From positions 7,378,001-7,442,000 of the forward strand of contig CM106586.1 in assembly GCA_048013815.1 (NCBI GenBank): DNA of 64,000 nt, written 5' to 3'. Within the stretch, counting starts at the first letter, position 1. The number at the start of each line of letters is the position of its first letter. Shown here piece by piece: positions 51,261 through 61,346 of this stretch. The translations under genes and the position numbers were made by a program. Origin of the DNA: Setoptus koraiensis (lineage: Eukaryota; Animalia; Arthropoda). The notes beneath the pieces were generated by a model, which did no database searches, was not told the origin of the DNA, and worked only from the letters and a program-made list of their open reading frames with translations.

Positions 51261-52767
51261 TCACGTTACGGACGACAAGCATTGTTCAATCTTAACGACG
51301 GTATTTACATTCAGTCTACCGAGATCGAAATCGAATGATTTAGATGTCACATCAAACCATTCACCAGCTTCTTCTATAATATCTACAATTTTCTGAAGGC
51401 AGTCCTCGTCAGCCGTACTGAGTTTTATTTTAATCTTATGTAAATCTTGAGTTGTGTATTGACTATCTTCGACACGCTCGACCTTCACGTTTTTGATTAT
51501 CACCCTCTCTTCTTTGTATTCCTTAGGTTCCTTAGGTTCTTTAGGTTCTTTAGGTTCTTTAGGTTCTTTAGGTTCTTTAGGTTCTTTATGCTCTTTATGC
51601 TCTTTATGCTCTTTGTGAACCTTAGGCTCTTTGGGCACTTTGGGCAACTTGGGAACCTTAGGCTCCTTGTGCTCCTTAAGTTTCTTGTGCTTGGATTTGT
51701 GTTTTTTGACTTTCTCCTTTTCTCTATCTCGCTCTTTTTCTTTTTCTAGTTCCCTCTCTTTTTCTCTTTCTTTCTCTCTCTCCTTTTCCCTCTCTTTTTC
51801 TCGCTCCTTTTCTCTTTCTCGCTCCTTTTCTCTTTCTCTCTCTTTCTCTCTTTCCCTCTCTTTTTCCCTTTCCTTTTCTCTCTCTTTTTCCCTTTCTCTT
51901 TCCCTCTCTCGTTCTCTCTCCTTTTCTCTCTCTTTTTCCCTCTCCTTTTCTCTTTCTTTTTCCTTGTTTCTCTCTTTCTTTCTCTCCCGATCTTCTTCTT
52001 TGTCTCGATCTTTATCTTTAAGTTTGTTCTTATCTTTCTTCGTTTCTTTAATACTGAGTAATGGTCCAAATATTTCGCTTGGTATGGTAGTTGACGATGA
52101 TGATGTTGATGTTGGGGCAGGAGTGACGCTTTTGACCTTAGTTGACATATCCTTCGAGGGTATGACAGAGGATTTTTTCGGAATCTTAGAGAATGTACAG
52201 TCATGGTTTTGCTCCAAGGGTGGCAAAGGCCTTTTCTCCTTTCTATTTTCAATGACTCCTGCTCCAGCTTTGAGCAATTTTCTTTCGAATTCGGCACTGG
52301 GGTTAATAAATTTAACTTTTTCTTTTCGATTTTTGGTTACAGTATCTTCGATTTTGAGGAAAAGATCATAATCCAAATGGGTCTTAGGGGCCTCTTTCCC
52401 TTTAAATTGGATATCAATCTTTATAATAAAACCTGCATAGCCTGTTTCATCAACTTGATACGGCGGTTTTCTAATGACTGTACGAGAAATAACCAATAAT
52501 CATGATGAATGATAGCAAAATATTCTCGCATCTAAAGTACTAATATTGATAATAGTGTTTGAGCATTGATATCTTACCTCTTTTCGGTGTTTGGAAACTA
52601 TCGTGAAGATAGAAAATGACTTTTTCAATACAATGCTTGATTTTTGCATTATCCAATCCTCTCACCCAGATACTCCATTTATGTGTATAACCATTTGGTA
52701 ACGTTTTGGTCAGGGGAACCGCCTTGTGTCCCACTTCGAGGAGCAACTCTAGAGTTTTGTCAACCAT
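51261..52767 (-). CDS. ear: ENL/AF9-family YEATS protein; exons 52767-52578, 52477-51261; 468 aa
   Basis: YEATS motifs GYTHKW, LHDSF, PPYQVDETGYAGF; C-terminal AHD LQKIVDIIEE...FDFDLGRL..TVVKI; 100-bp phase-1 intron G|gtaag ... gtacag|TC; central (KE/RE)n and (KEP)n repeats. Confidence 0.93.
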
Positions 52768-53694
52768 CTTTTGTCAATCAGTCTGAGTTTATGGAAAATT
52801 GTTTATTTTATTCAACAAACATGATTGTTGGTAAGATTGCACGCTGAATTTTTTGTTCGATTTGTCGATCTATTTTGAGTTGGCCTTAATTTTGTATTCT
52901 AATGAATTCAGGTAGTGATTAAATTACATGGATATGTGAAGAATTATTACCTGCGGGGCAAGCTGCGCGCTTGAACAATATCACTACTATCAGATGCAAA
53001 AAATTTAATTTGTCCCGTCCATCATCGTCTTGGTAAATATGCGCACAGCGCCAAATTCAAAACATTTTTTTGCACTCTAAATCCTAGTTCGGGCCGGGTG
53101 TCCCCAAGACCCGGACCGGAACGGGTACTTTGAAATCAAATTGGGACACGACCCGATCTTTGTAATCTTCTCTATCGTTTAAAGTTTTAGCAACCTCTAT
53201 TTGCTTTCGCTTTATTTTTTAGCGAAGATTTTGTTTCCGTGAGGTAGCACGATAGTTTGAGAAAGATGAAAGAAATACCCCTAAGAAATACCTGCGCCCG
53301 AGGAAGGTGCTCCTGGTTTTTTTTTGTCAAAACAGAGGTACAATTTTCAGGAATTTTCATCCGATCGCTAATGAGAACAGTTCAGAGCAATGAGCGGGCC
53401 TCAAAATTTTGTGCAGTTACCCCTGGCAACTTGACAATGCCCTGAGTGGCTGTTGGTAGTGCCTATTCGGCATGCGCGGCCTTAATCAGCCGCTTATTTG
53501 TCTGTAACCACGTGCTCTCATTGGTTATCACGACTTTATTACTGAACCACAGAGTAACTACGTGTGGAGAACCAATGTACCAATCATTGCTGGAATATAA
53601 AAATAGATCAATTTAGCTACAAATTTTAGAATTGCAGAAATTGAGAATTTTCATCTACCGAACCAGATCAAATAACCATCTTGTTACTCTAATT

Positions 53695-56259
53695 ATGACC
53701 CGATCGAAGAATAATACTAAAGTTAAAGCTGAGGTGCCTCATGACCAGAGATACGAGTTTGCAATTGGACCTGCAGTTTCTTGGTTTTTACCACATTCAG
53801 CTGATATTTGGTCTTCCAGAACATCCAATGATATCAAACAACCTTCTTGGTTCATCTATGGATCGAAAGGCTGCTTTTGCTATGGCAGGGTTTCTAGCGA
53901 AGATGCAACGAAAAAAGTCACCAAACCCGGTGTCGATCGATCAATCGTGGCTCTCACAGATCACATTGAATATATTAAGAACGACAACTCAAGGGTTGTA
54001 AGCTGCCAATACTGTAAAAATCAAGTCAATCAACCTCTTGCCTCTGTTTTAACAGACAATGGAAATTTCATCCTATATGACTGTGTCAGCAAAACGACAA
54101 TCCTACGTTTTACCAAACATGAGACGATTAATAAAATCAGCGACAAATCAGAGCGGACGAATGTCAACAATGAACAACCGTCAGCGAAAAAACTTAAATT
54201 TAGCACTCACATCAGCAGTGTTTGTTGGCCAGACTTAAACAATGCATTTCTTTCAGTTTCTATGTCAAGAGAGGAGACAAGCCTCGTTCTTTGGTTGAAA
54301 ATTCCCGACTCCATTATGAATTCAAATTTCGACAAGAATCTTATAGAATTTGTCAAGCTCAAGACATCAGTCAGCAGTGCTGATATCGTCTGTATGGAAA
54401 CATTGCTCCTGAGAAACTCTAACATGGTTCTCATAGCAGTTGGATTTGACGATGGACTTATAAACGTAATAAAACTTAATCTGGATTCTGGATCTACTGA
54501 AGATATCATTGTCTTAAAGAAACATATTAAACCCATCTGTAGCCTCTCTTTGTGGTCGCCTGAAACAGAAAAGCATGAATATCCCTCAGGCATATTGGCA
54601 TCAATTTCACGCAGTGGGCTAGTCCTACTGTGGGACTTGAACAATGAATATTGCTTTGCAGATCTCGATCTCAACATGAAAGCTTTCGACCGAGTCAATT
54701 GGTTCGCATCTCGCTTTTACACTTTGAATGGTTACCAATTACCATTTCTAGCAGTTTCAAATATGACTGGAGGAATTGTTAATCTAGAGATACCGAAGAA
54801 AATTCACCCCTCCAAGAGGCCTCTCAATGGTAAAAATATACTTGGCATGGAAGGACCTATTAGACACAGGAGTTTGATATTCAACGCAACATTTGATCCT
54901 AAATCTTGCATCCTTATGACAACTTCTTTGGACAACAACTTGATATTCTGGGATTGTGGTCAAAAGGAAGAACTTGGCGGTAACAATAAGAAAGTTTTGA
55001 GTCGAATAGACCCTTGCTATCTGCTACCCACCATGGCCAACAACTCTCGCACCCACAAAATCAAATTCAGCCCCATAGCAAACGACCACTTGGCATTAGC
55101 TCTTGGTGAGGCCGGCTTAAGTTTCTATCGAGTGCCATCGGAACGTAGCGATTTTGGTTTCCACATGACCAAAGGATGCTCTTCTGTATGCTATGAAATC
55201 AAGAAGCTGAAGCTCACTCCTACTACGATAGCCTGGCAGCCAAATCACGAATATCGACTCGCAGTAGGAACCCGCGAAGGGCTCGTTCTCAGATTAGATA
55301 TATCCAATAATAGTTTAGTGCTCCAATCCATTCCTCTCGAAAGAAAGAAAACGATCGAATATTGTGGTGATTCCGACAATTTTGATGATGCTCAGTTGTC
55401 TGATAGCGATCAAAAGGATGATACGAATGATAAAACTGAGTCTCCAGGTGTATATTCTCTTTGTTGGGGTCCCAACCCATTAGATCGCCACAAAACGGCC
55501 ATATACTGTGTCACTAGTCAAAAATTAGCAATATATACAACTGATGATGAAAAATTGAAAGAAAATCTAAGGAATCTTCTTGATAAGAAACCGGAGAAAT
55601 TTTCAAATATTGAAGAGTTTTTCGGCATGGCCTCAGAAGTGTGCTGGAAGTCTGATTTCGATCTCATGGCACTAGGAACTGTTGATGGAAGAGTGTTGAT
55701 AATCAAACTGGTTGACCAGATTGTTCAGGATGGCGAATACACTTACTGTTTCGAGAAACTAGTAACTATCAAGGATGTATTTGCCTCTATCCAGGCTTTA
55801 GCTTGGCATCCAACAACCTACAACGACAGTCAATTTTATTATTATCTAGCTGTCGCCCCCAAAGATGCACACAATAATGGAATGAACAGCCCTTATGATT
55901 TACATCTATTTGACTTAAGATCGAAAATCTGTCACAATAACTCTCGAGAGAAAGTGGACGCGCATGTTACAGACTCAGACATAAAGCTTGCTGGTCACAC
56001 CTTTACCATAGCAGAGATTAGCTGGAGTCCACACCAAGAGAATCATCTTTGTACTTGTTCATTTGATGCAAGGAATATAGTCTGGAGTATCGATGTACTC
56101 GATCGAAGTTATAAGTTATTATCACAATTCGTTGCTCGAGATCGTTTGTTCACAGCTGAATGGTCTACTGTAGACAACGATCTGATACTCACATCTGGGC
56201 GAGACAGCACATTGATTGCTTGGAGACCATCTGAAAACATGGTAGACTGCACGATCTAG
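53695..56259 (+). CDS. GEMIN5: Gemin5 / rigor mortis-like WD40 protein, intronless, 854 aa, WD40 region only
   Basis: Ordered Gemin5-type blades: LLPTMA...IKFSP...LALALGE; TIAWQP...LAVGTREG; VYSLCWGP; SEVCWK...MALGTVDG; LAGH..IAEISWSPH...LCTCSFD; LFTAEWS...ILTSGRD. Confidence 0.78.
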   Translation: MTRSKNNTKVKAEVPHDQRYEFAIGPAVSWFLPHSADIWSSRTSNDIKQPSWFIYGSKGCFCYGRVSSEDATKKVTKPGVDRSIVALTDHIEYIKNDNSRVVSCQYCKNQVNQPLASVLTDNGNFILYDCVSKTTILRFTKHETINKISDKSERTNVNNEQPSAKKLKFSTHISSVCWPDLNNAFLSVSMSREETSLVLWLKIPDSIMNSNFDKNLIEFVKLKTSVSSADIVCMETLLLRNSNMVLIAVGFDDGLINVIKLNLDSGSTEDIIVLKKHIKPICSLSLWSPETEKHEYPSGILASISRSGLVLLWDLNNEYCFADLDLNMKAFDRVNWFASRFYTLNGYQLPFLAVSNMTGGIVNLEIPKKIHPSKRPLNGKNILGMEGPIRHRSLIFNATFDPKSCILMTTSLDNNLIFWDCGQKEELGGNNKKVLSRIDPCYLLPTMANNSRTHKIKFSPIANDHLALALGEAGLSFYRVPSERSDFGFHMTKGCSSVCYEIKKLKLTPTTIAWQPNHEYRLAVGTREGLVLRLDISNNSLVLQSIPLERKKTIEYCGDSDNFDDAQLSDSDQKDDTNDKTESPGVYSLCWGPNPLDRHKTAIYCVTSQKLAIYTTDDEKLKENLRNLLDKKPEKFSNIEEFFGMASEVCWKSDFDLMALGTVDGRVLIIKLVDQIVQDGEYTYCFEKLVTIKDVFASIQALAWHPTTYNDSQFYYYLAVAPKDAHNNGMNSPYDLHLFDLRSKICHNNSREKVDAHVTDSDIKLAGHTFTIAEISWSPHQENHLCTCSFDARNIVWSIDVLDRSYKLLSQFVARDRLFTAEWSTVDNDLILTSGRDSTLIAWRPSENMVDCTI

Positions 56260-56712
56260 TTTACAAAATTACAATAAAAATGGAATCAATATCAACGATT
56301 TTATTGTTAGCTTGATATGAAATTTCTATTCATGCAAAATGTATATCCACTTAGCTGTCCGACGGAAAAGCCCGACCATTTCCCTCACCTGTCGATAGTC
56401 TTATCACTATAGTTACGGTGACCTATAGCATCAATAAATCTATAATGTTGTCTATTCATATAACTTGTTCGGGGACGACGATAGTTAGATTAGAATTTTA
56501 CAACACGGCCGACAAATAAGGAAGCATTTGTTTCGATGTGGCGAACTACAAACAAGAATGAATGATATCATGCATGATAGATCCTTCGATTCGGGCAACG
56601 AAGACTGCAATACAATATCTCTAATTTTGTCGCTTGTTTCAAACGCAACCTAATCATTAACAGAATCAACAAGTTGCTTCTTTTCGTTCACACTTATCAA
56701 TGTTGGCTCAGA
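56221..56712. repeat. Local segmental duplication copy 1 (Gemin5 3' end, bidirectional terminator, serpin 3' parts)
   Basis: 56221-56560 nearly identical to 58039-58382; 56565-56712 nearly identical to 59010-59157. Confidence 0.97.
56490..56712 (-). pseudogene. Serpin pseudogene: 5'-truncated with about 620 bp internal deletion
   Basis: Two serpin A segments fused at an AT microhomology (56565-56566); in-frame stop in the helix F region (CAA-TGA-TTA-GGT versus AAT-GAT-TGG-GTT). Confidence 0.85.
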
Positions 56713-56725
56713 GCATTGAGTACTG

Positions 56726-57781
56726 TCAAGCGCATTTATTTGATGACCATCCGAAAGCGAAATAGAACATCCAATCCAACAGAATGTGCTGGAAACTTAG
56801 GGGTAACTGCTCAAGAAGCCAATAGAAAACCTTGAACTGTGTCTGAGCACACGTAATCGCATTGGGTGGTGACTTAGACAAAACTGCACAATTAAAATCC
56901 TCAAACAAAGTGGAATGGGCGAAATCTTTTGGGCTTGTCATCCCGTAATTTTTGAGTATATGACGATTGAATTGATCAAAAAAGTCACTGTACAATTTCT
57001 GTTTTCCTTCATCCATGCTGGCCCACATTTCATTCTTATTACTTTCATGCCTTGACATTATGTTTGTCAGCTTAGCAAAATCGCCCAATCTGACAACTAT
57101 CACATTTACCCCGAACTTGCGCATCTCGTAACTGAGGCCCTTTGAAAAAATACTTATGAAACTTTTTGTGGCACTATAGATTGACAGTCCGGGAAACACT
57201 GTTGTGTCATTGACGCTTGACACGTTGATCAGGCGACCTCTGGATTGTATTAAGAATTTCAGCATCGCCTTCGACAATTTGATTGCTCCCAACACATTTA
57301 TTGCGAATAGTCCATCGATCTGTTTGTTCGTTAACCAATCGAATTCTCCGAAAATGCAGACTCCGGCATTGTTGATCAAGGCATGCAATTCAAAATTGTT
57401 TGACTCGGTGTTAACAGACACGTAGTCAAGCACATTGGCTAAGTCGTGATCTGAAGTGACGTCCAACTTTATTAAATGCAAACACCTAGATGGAGTTGCG
57501 GAACATGGCAGCTGGCCCAATTGTTTGTATCCTTCTGATTCTGAATCGATGTAACCACAAATGACCATAAGACCTTTGTTATAAAAATGTTGCGCGAGTT
57601 GTAGACCGATTCCAGAGTCACAACCAGTGATTAGTATTGCTTTCTTTAATGAAATGTCCACTCCTTTATCGCACATTCTAATGATGCGCTTGTAAATAAG
57701 CAAAGCGAGGATTAATAGAATCGAGAATGCCAAAAACATTTTGGTTGAGAACACGAATAGATAAGGTGGACTTTGTAACAT
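56726..57781 (-). CDS. Short-chain dehydrogenase/reductase, SDR9C type (BDH1/RDH/17beta-HSD2-like), intronless, 351 aa
   Basis: N-terminal hydrophobic anchor, ITGCDSGIG, LINNAG, RLINVSS, catalytic YSATK, EMRKFGVNV. Confidence 0.93.
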   Translation of the reverse strand: MLQSPPYLFVFSTKMFLAFSILLILALLIYKRIIRMCDKGVDISLKKAILITGCDSGIGLQLAQHFYNKGLMVICGYIDSESEGYKQLGQLPCSATPSRCLHLIKLDVTSDHDLANVLDYVSVNTESNNFELHALINNAGVCIFGEFDWLTNKQIDGLFAINVLGAIKLSKAMLKFLIQSRGRLINVSSVNDTTVFPGLSIYSATKSFISIFSKGLSYEMRKFGVNVIVVRLGDFAKLTNIMSRHESNKNEMWASMDEGKQKLYSDFFDQFNRHILKNYGMTSPKDFAHSTLFEDFNCAVLSKSPPNAITCAQTQFKVFYWLLEQLPLSFQHILLDWMFYFAFGWSSNKCA

Positions 57782-58038
57782 ATGTATGGGTAAGATTCAA
57801 TAAGATTACTTCGATGGCCAACAATATGTCAGAAGCATGATGGGGTAGGCGACATTTGAGAATGTGGCTGGAGCCATACCGGTCAGCTTCTTCAGAGTGC
57901 AATGGACTCATGGAACCATACGTCAGAAATCAGCTGATATTTTGCTGGTAATTTGGAACTTGCAATGTTCGAAAACTCAAGAATAAATACACATTTCATG
58001 ATCTCACTATTCATCATATATACTATTATTTGATGCCA

Positions 58039-58077
58039 TGGAGACCATCTGAAAACATGGTAGACTGCACGATCTAG
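58039..58077 (+). pseudogene. Duplicated last 12 codons plus stop of Gemin5 (WRPSENMVDCTI*)
   Basis: Identical to 56221-56259. Confidence 0.9.
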
Positions 58078-58311
58078 TTTACAAAATTACAATAAAAATG
58101 GAATCAATATCAACGATTTTATTGTTAGCTTGATATGAAATTTCTATTCATGCAAAATGTATGTGTACTTAGCTGTCCGACAAAAAAGCCCGACCATTTC
58201 CCTCACCTGTCGATAGTCTAATCACTACTTATAGTGACGGTGACCTATAGCATCAATAAATCTATAATGTTGTCTATTCATATAACATGTTCGGGGACGA
58301 CGATAGTTAGA

Positions 58312-59658
58312 TTAGAACTTTACAACACGACCGACAAACAAGGAAGCATTTGTTTCGATGTGGCGAACTACAAACAAGAATGGATGATTCGCCTGAAATA
58401 CAGGCGGATCCTTCTGGCCGGGCAACGAAGAACCGTGTAGTACGTTTGTCGACGCTGTTGTGGCAGCCTCTATTCCAAATTCGTCTACCTCTATCATTGT
58501 CTTGTGTAATACTTTGTCCATCGTGATATTTTTTAACGTGATTTTGAACATTTCAGTTAGCTCTGCTTCTTCAGTGAACATCTTTTTCACTCCCATCCTT
58601 TCCAAAATCTCTCTGGCATCATAATCTTGTTCAAATCTAAATTTGGGCAGTTTAACTTGTACATTAGCCAGTTCCGACTTGTTATAAATCGACTCCATAA
58701 TTGACCACGTTAGAGCTGCTTCCAATTTAGATAGGCCATCAATGTCGTTGGGTAACAACACCACCAAACTTATAGCTTGCTGTCCCGCACCCTCAAATGG
58801 AAATTCCAGTGCCTTAAATGGAACCGATGCCAAAACACTATCGTTGTCGGCTAGTGAATCGTAAAATGGTAGCATGACCTTGTGATTCTGCATAAAAGGC
58901 ACCATCTTCTTATTGTTTATGTCGCCTTCATTGTAGAATTGATCTTCTTTGGTTTCTTCTCTGTCGAAATATTGATTTTTCCATGTGGCCTTCAAATAGG
59001 CAGCATTGAATATCATGCATGATAGATCCTTCAATTCGGGCAACGAAGACTGCAATACAATATCTCTGATTTTGTCGTTTGTTTCAAACGCAACCCAATC
59101 ATTAACAGAATCAACAAGTTGCTTCTTTTCGCTCACACTTATCAATGTTGGCTCAGACGTGTTAGCCACAATGACAAATTCGCTAAGTTTTGTAGTTTCG
59201 GGCACTTGATTAAATTGTGCCAGCGTTAAATCATAATACTGATTGAGTGTCTTGTTGAAGTCATCTTTCAATTCACTGGTGGTTTGTTTGTTGCTCAATA
59301 GCAATGTTGCTATTTTGAAACTAAAAGATCTTTCATCATCCTCATAATCACTATCAATATCTATAGCTGGCGATTCTGGCGTTTCGGCGGTTAGATTCTT
59401 GTATATTGCATCCAACCCTTTATGGACACCTTCCGGTTCTGAATCCAAATTGAATCCTTTGTAATTGAACACATTGGACAATTCATCAGCGCTACTGCTG
59501 TTCTTTCTCATGCCCAAATGAGCGATATACAAGGCTGTGATCAGTGATATCGGGGAAAAAACTGCATTGGAGCTCACATTTGGTTGTATTTGATTTAGGA
59601 ATTGGATACCAAAATGATTGATGGAGTGAGCAACTCGATATTCGAGTACTTCGTTCAT
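58312..59658 (-). CDS. Serpin A, intronless, 448 aa, no evident signal peptide
   Basis: NAVFSPIS, VNDWVA..TNDKI, FNAAYLKATW, KMVPFMQ, hinge EVDEFGIEAA, FQANHPFLFVVRH...LFVGRV. Confidence 0.95.
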   Translation of the reverse strand: MNEVLEYRVAHSINHFGIQFLNQIQPNVSSNAVFSPISLITALYIAHLGMRKNSSSADELSNVFNYKGFNLDSEPEGVHKGLDAIYKNLTAETPESPAIDIDSDYEDDERSFSFKIATLLLSNKQTTSELKDDFNKTLNQYYDLTLAQFNQVPETTKLSEFVIVANTSEPTLISVSEKKQLVDSVNDWVAFETNDKIRDIVLQSSLPELKDLSCMIFNAAYLKATWKNQYFDREETKEDQFYNEGDINNKKMVPFMQNHKVMLPFYDSLADNDSVLASVPFKALEFPFEGAGQQAISLVVLLPNDIDGLSKLEAALTWSIMESIYNKSELANVQVKLPKFRFEQDYDAREILERMGVKKMFTEEAELTEMFKITLKNITMDKVLHKTMIEVDEFGIEAATTASTNVLHGSSLPGQKDPPVFQANHPFLFVVRHIETNASLFVGRVVKF

Positions 59659-61346
59659 GGCTGGCCTCTTTGGTTTGGGTCCGAATTGGAGGATTATTAC
59701 TCAGTATGGAACAATGTTAGTATCTTGGCGAGTCTATACTCTAAATAAATCAATTTCGTGTTGACTATGTATGGAACTGATGACTGAGTGATCTTGTGAC
59801 AAATTCTACAAATGACTCCAAGTTTGCTTAAAATTGACGTAATAAAGACTATTCTCTGGATTGTTCTGACAGATGATGAAATCCTTGAATGACTGAAGTC
59901 TAGCTGACATTCTTGGACTGTTCGATCGATCAATCGATAAATACCGAACGAAAAAACATTTAGCTAATTAGATCTAAGTGTTACAGGTGGAGCCTTTGTT
60001 TTACAACTTTGTTTCCAAAATTCACTGATCAATTAGTGTCTGCACTACTACTACAACTTTTTGCTGTTTGAAAACCAAAAGAATGGTTGGGCGTTGATAG
60101 GTCTGAGCTAGCAATTGTACTTTTAAGATACGGCCGATAATTTAATATTAGTCTTGCTATTGTGCAATGTACACTCCCATCAATTGATTGTCCTTCTGAC
60201 TTAAAGAAGCCGTTACGAAAAATGCTTGCACTTGTTATTTTTCTATTGATCACTTATATATCTCTCATTGCCTCGTTTAAAGCGAAGACATTAGCGAATT
60301 GTCATTTCACAGCAAATAGAAAGACAAAGAAAGTGACTGGATAAAATGTTCGCATCATGCGTACAATCAACTTAGTTTTGTTTTCTATCATGAGTACCGG
60401 ATATGAGCATGGTGATCAAAATAAGACATCATCATTAGTTCGAGTCAAGTTGTTTTCTTTCATTGATAGAAAAAAAAACAACAAAATGAGTTTCTTTCTG
60501 TTGATGCTCTTTTGATAAAAAAGCTGCGTCGAGAACATAACCTCACCCAGTTCATCTTCAGCACCATCGCTATTGTCCATTCACCGCTACAAAATTCGCA
60601 CGCTACTTGTTTGATACAACAATAAGTCTTCATGTCACAAAGAACTAGACTCGAACAAATGTTCTAAATGCTAAGCATGTTGAATTCTCAAACTTTATCA
60701 AGATCACAACGACAGGCAATAGTAGTTCTGCAGTATCGGCTGATGTTTGGGAGTTCTCACTCACCAAATGGATGTTGCTGCGCGGTTCAGCATGCATCTA
60801 TAAATCTTATCGATGTCATGTATTCAAAAGTGAGAATGTCATATCTTCTGCCAACGATAGGGTTCTGAGTAGGAAGACTGCTTTTTGATGGGAATTTTAT
60901 CAGATTTTGTGCTGAGAATTTGAAACAAAGAGAACTAGTGGAGTTTGGAAGAAAGTTGTGCGATTTTGAGGACAGCCGCATACAAAGGTATGCTGGATGT
61001 CCTTTGAGTTTGTAAAGTATCGAGTGAGAGATGGATAGTTATTTGGCTGGATGAAGAATCTTGCCCTATGATCCAGATCGAAGAGCGAAATGAAACCAGA
61101 CTCATCATATTCAACGATAAACAGCTATCGTATAGTTTTTATAACAATATTTTGTTGTTATTGGGACCACTTGATGTGATTGGTAACGAAAAATCTTTTT
61201 ATTCATTCGTATCTGCTTTTATAGATTTTTGTATATTGGTTTACACAGATATCATGTTGTTCAAATATAATGATGAGGTAACTGGACTGTCTCCGTCATC
61301 GATCCTCTCCAACATTTGTTGCGATGTAAACGATGATGAAATGCAA

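Noticed and set aside
51631-52371. 246-aa SLSF-repeat ORF and overlapping 183-aa and 100-aa ORFs
   Set aside because: Antisense or alternate frames of the stop-poor KE repeat in ENL/AF9.
52945-52960. U1 snRNA-like TTACCTG
   Set aside because: Downstream sequence does not match U1 stem-loops or an Sm site.
53240-53261. let-7-like TGAGGTAG
   Set aside because: Only 8 nt match and no precursor hairpin.
56736-56745. TTATTTGATG as a target-site duplication around the SDR (second copy 58026-58035)
   Set aside because: First copy lies inside the SDR coding end, the second partly overlaps Gemin5-derived sequence, and the word is AT-rich; insufficient evidence.
56726-57781. Calling the SDR 'shroud' and an ecdysone-related pair with rigor mortis/Gemin5
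   Set aside because: Orthology within SDR9C cannot be set from motifs alone; needs a phylogeny.
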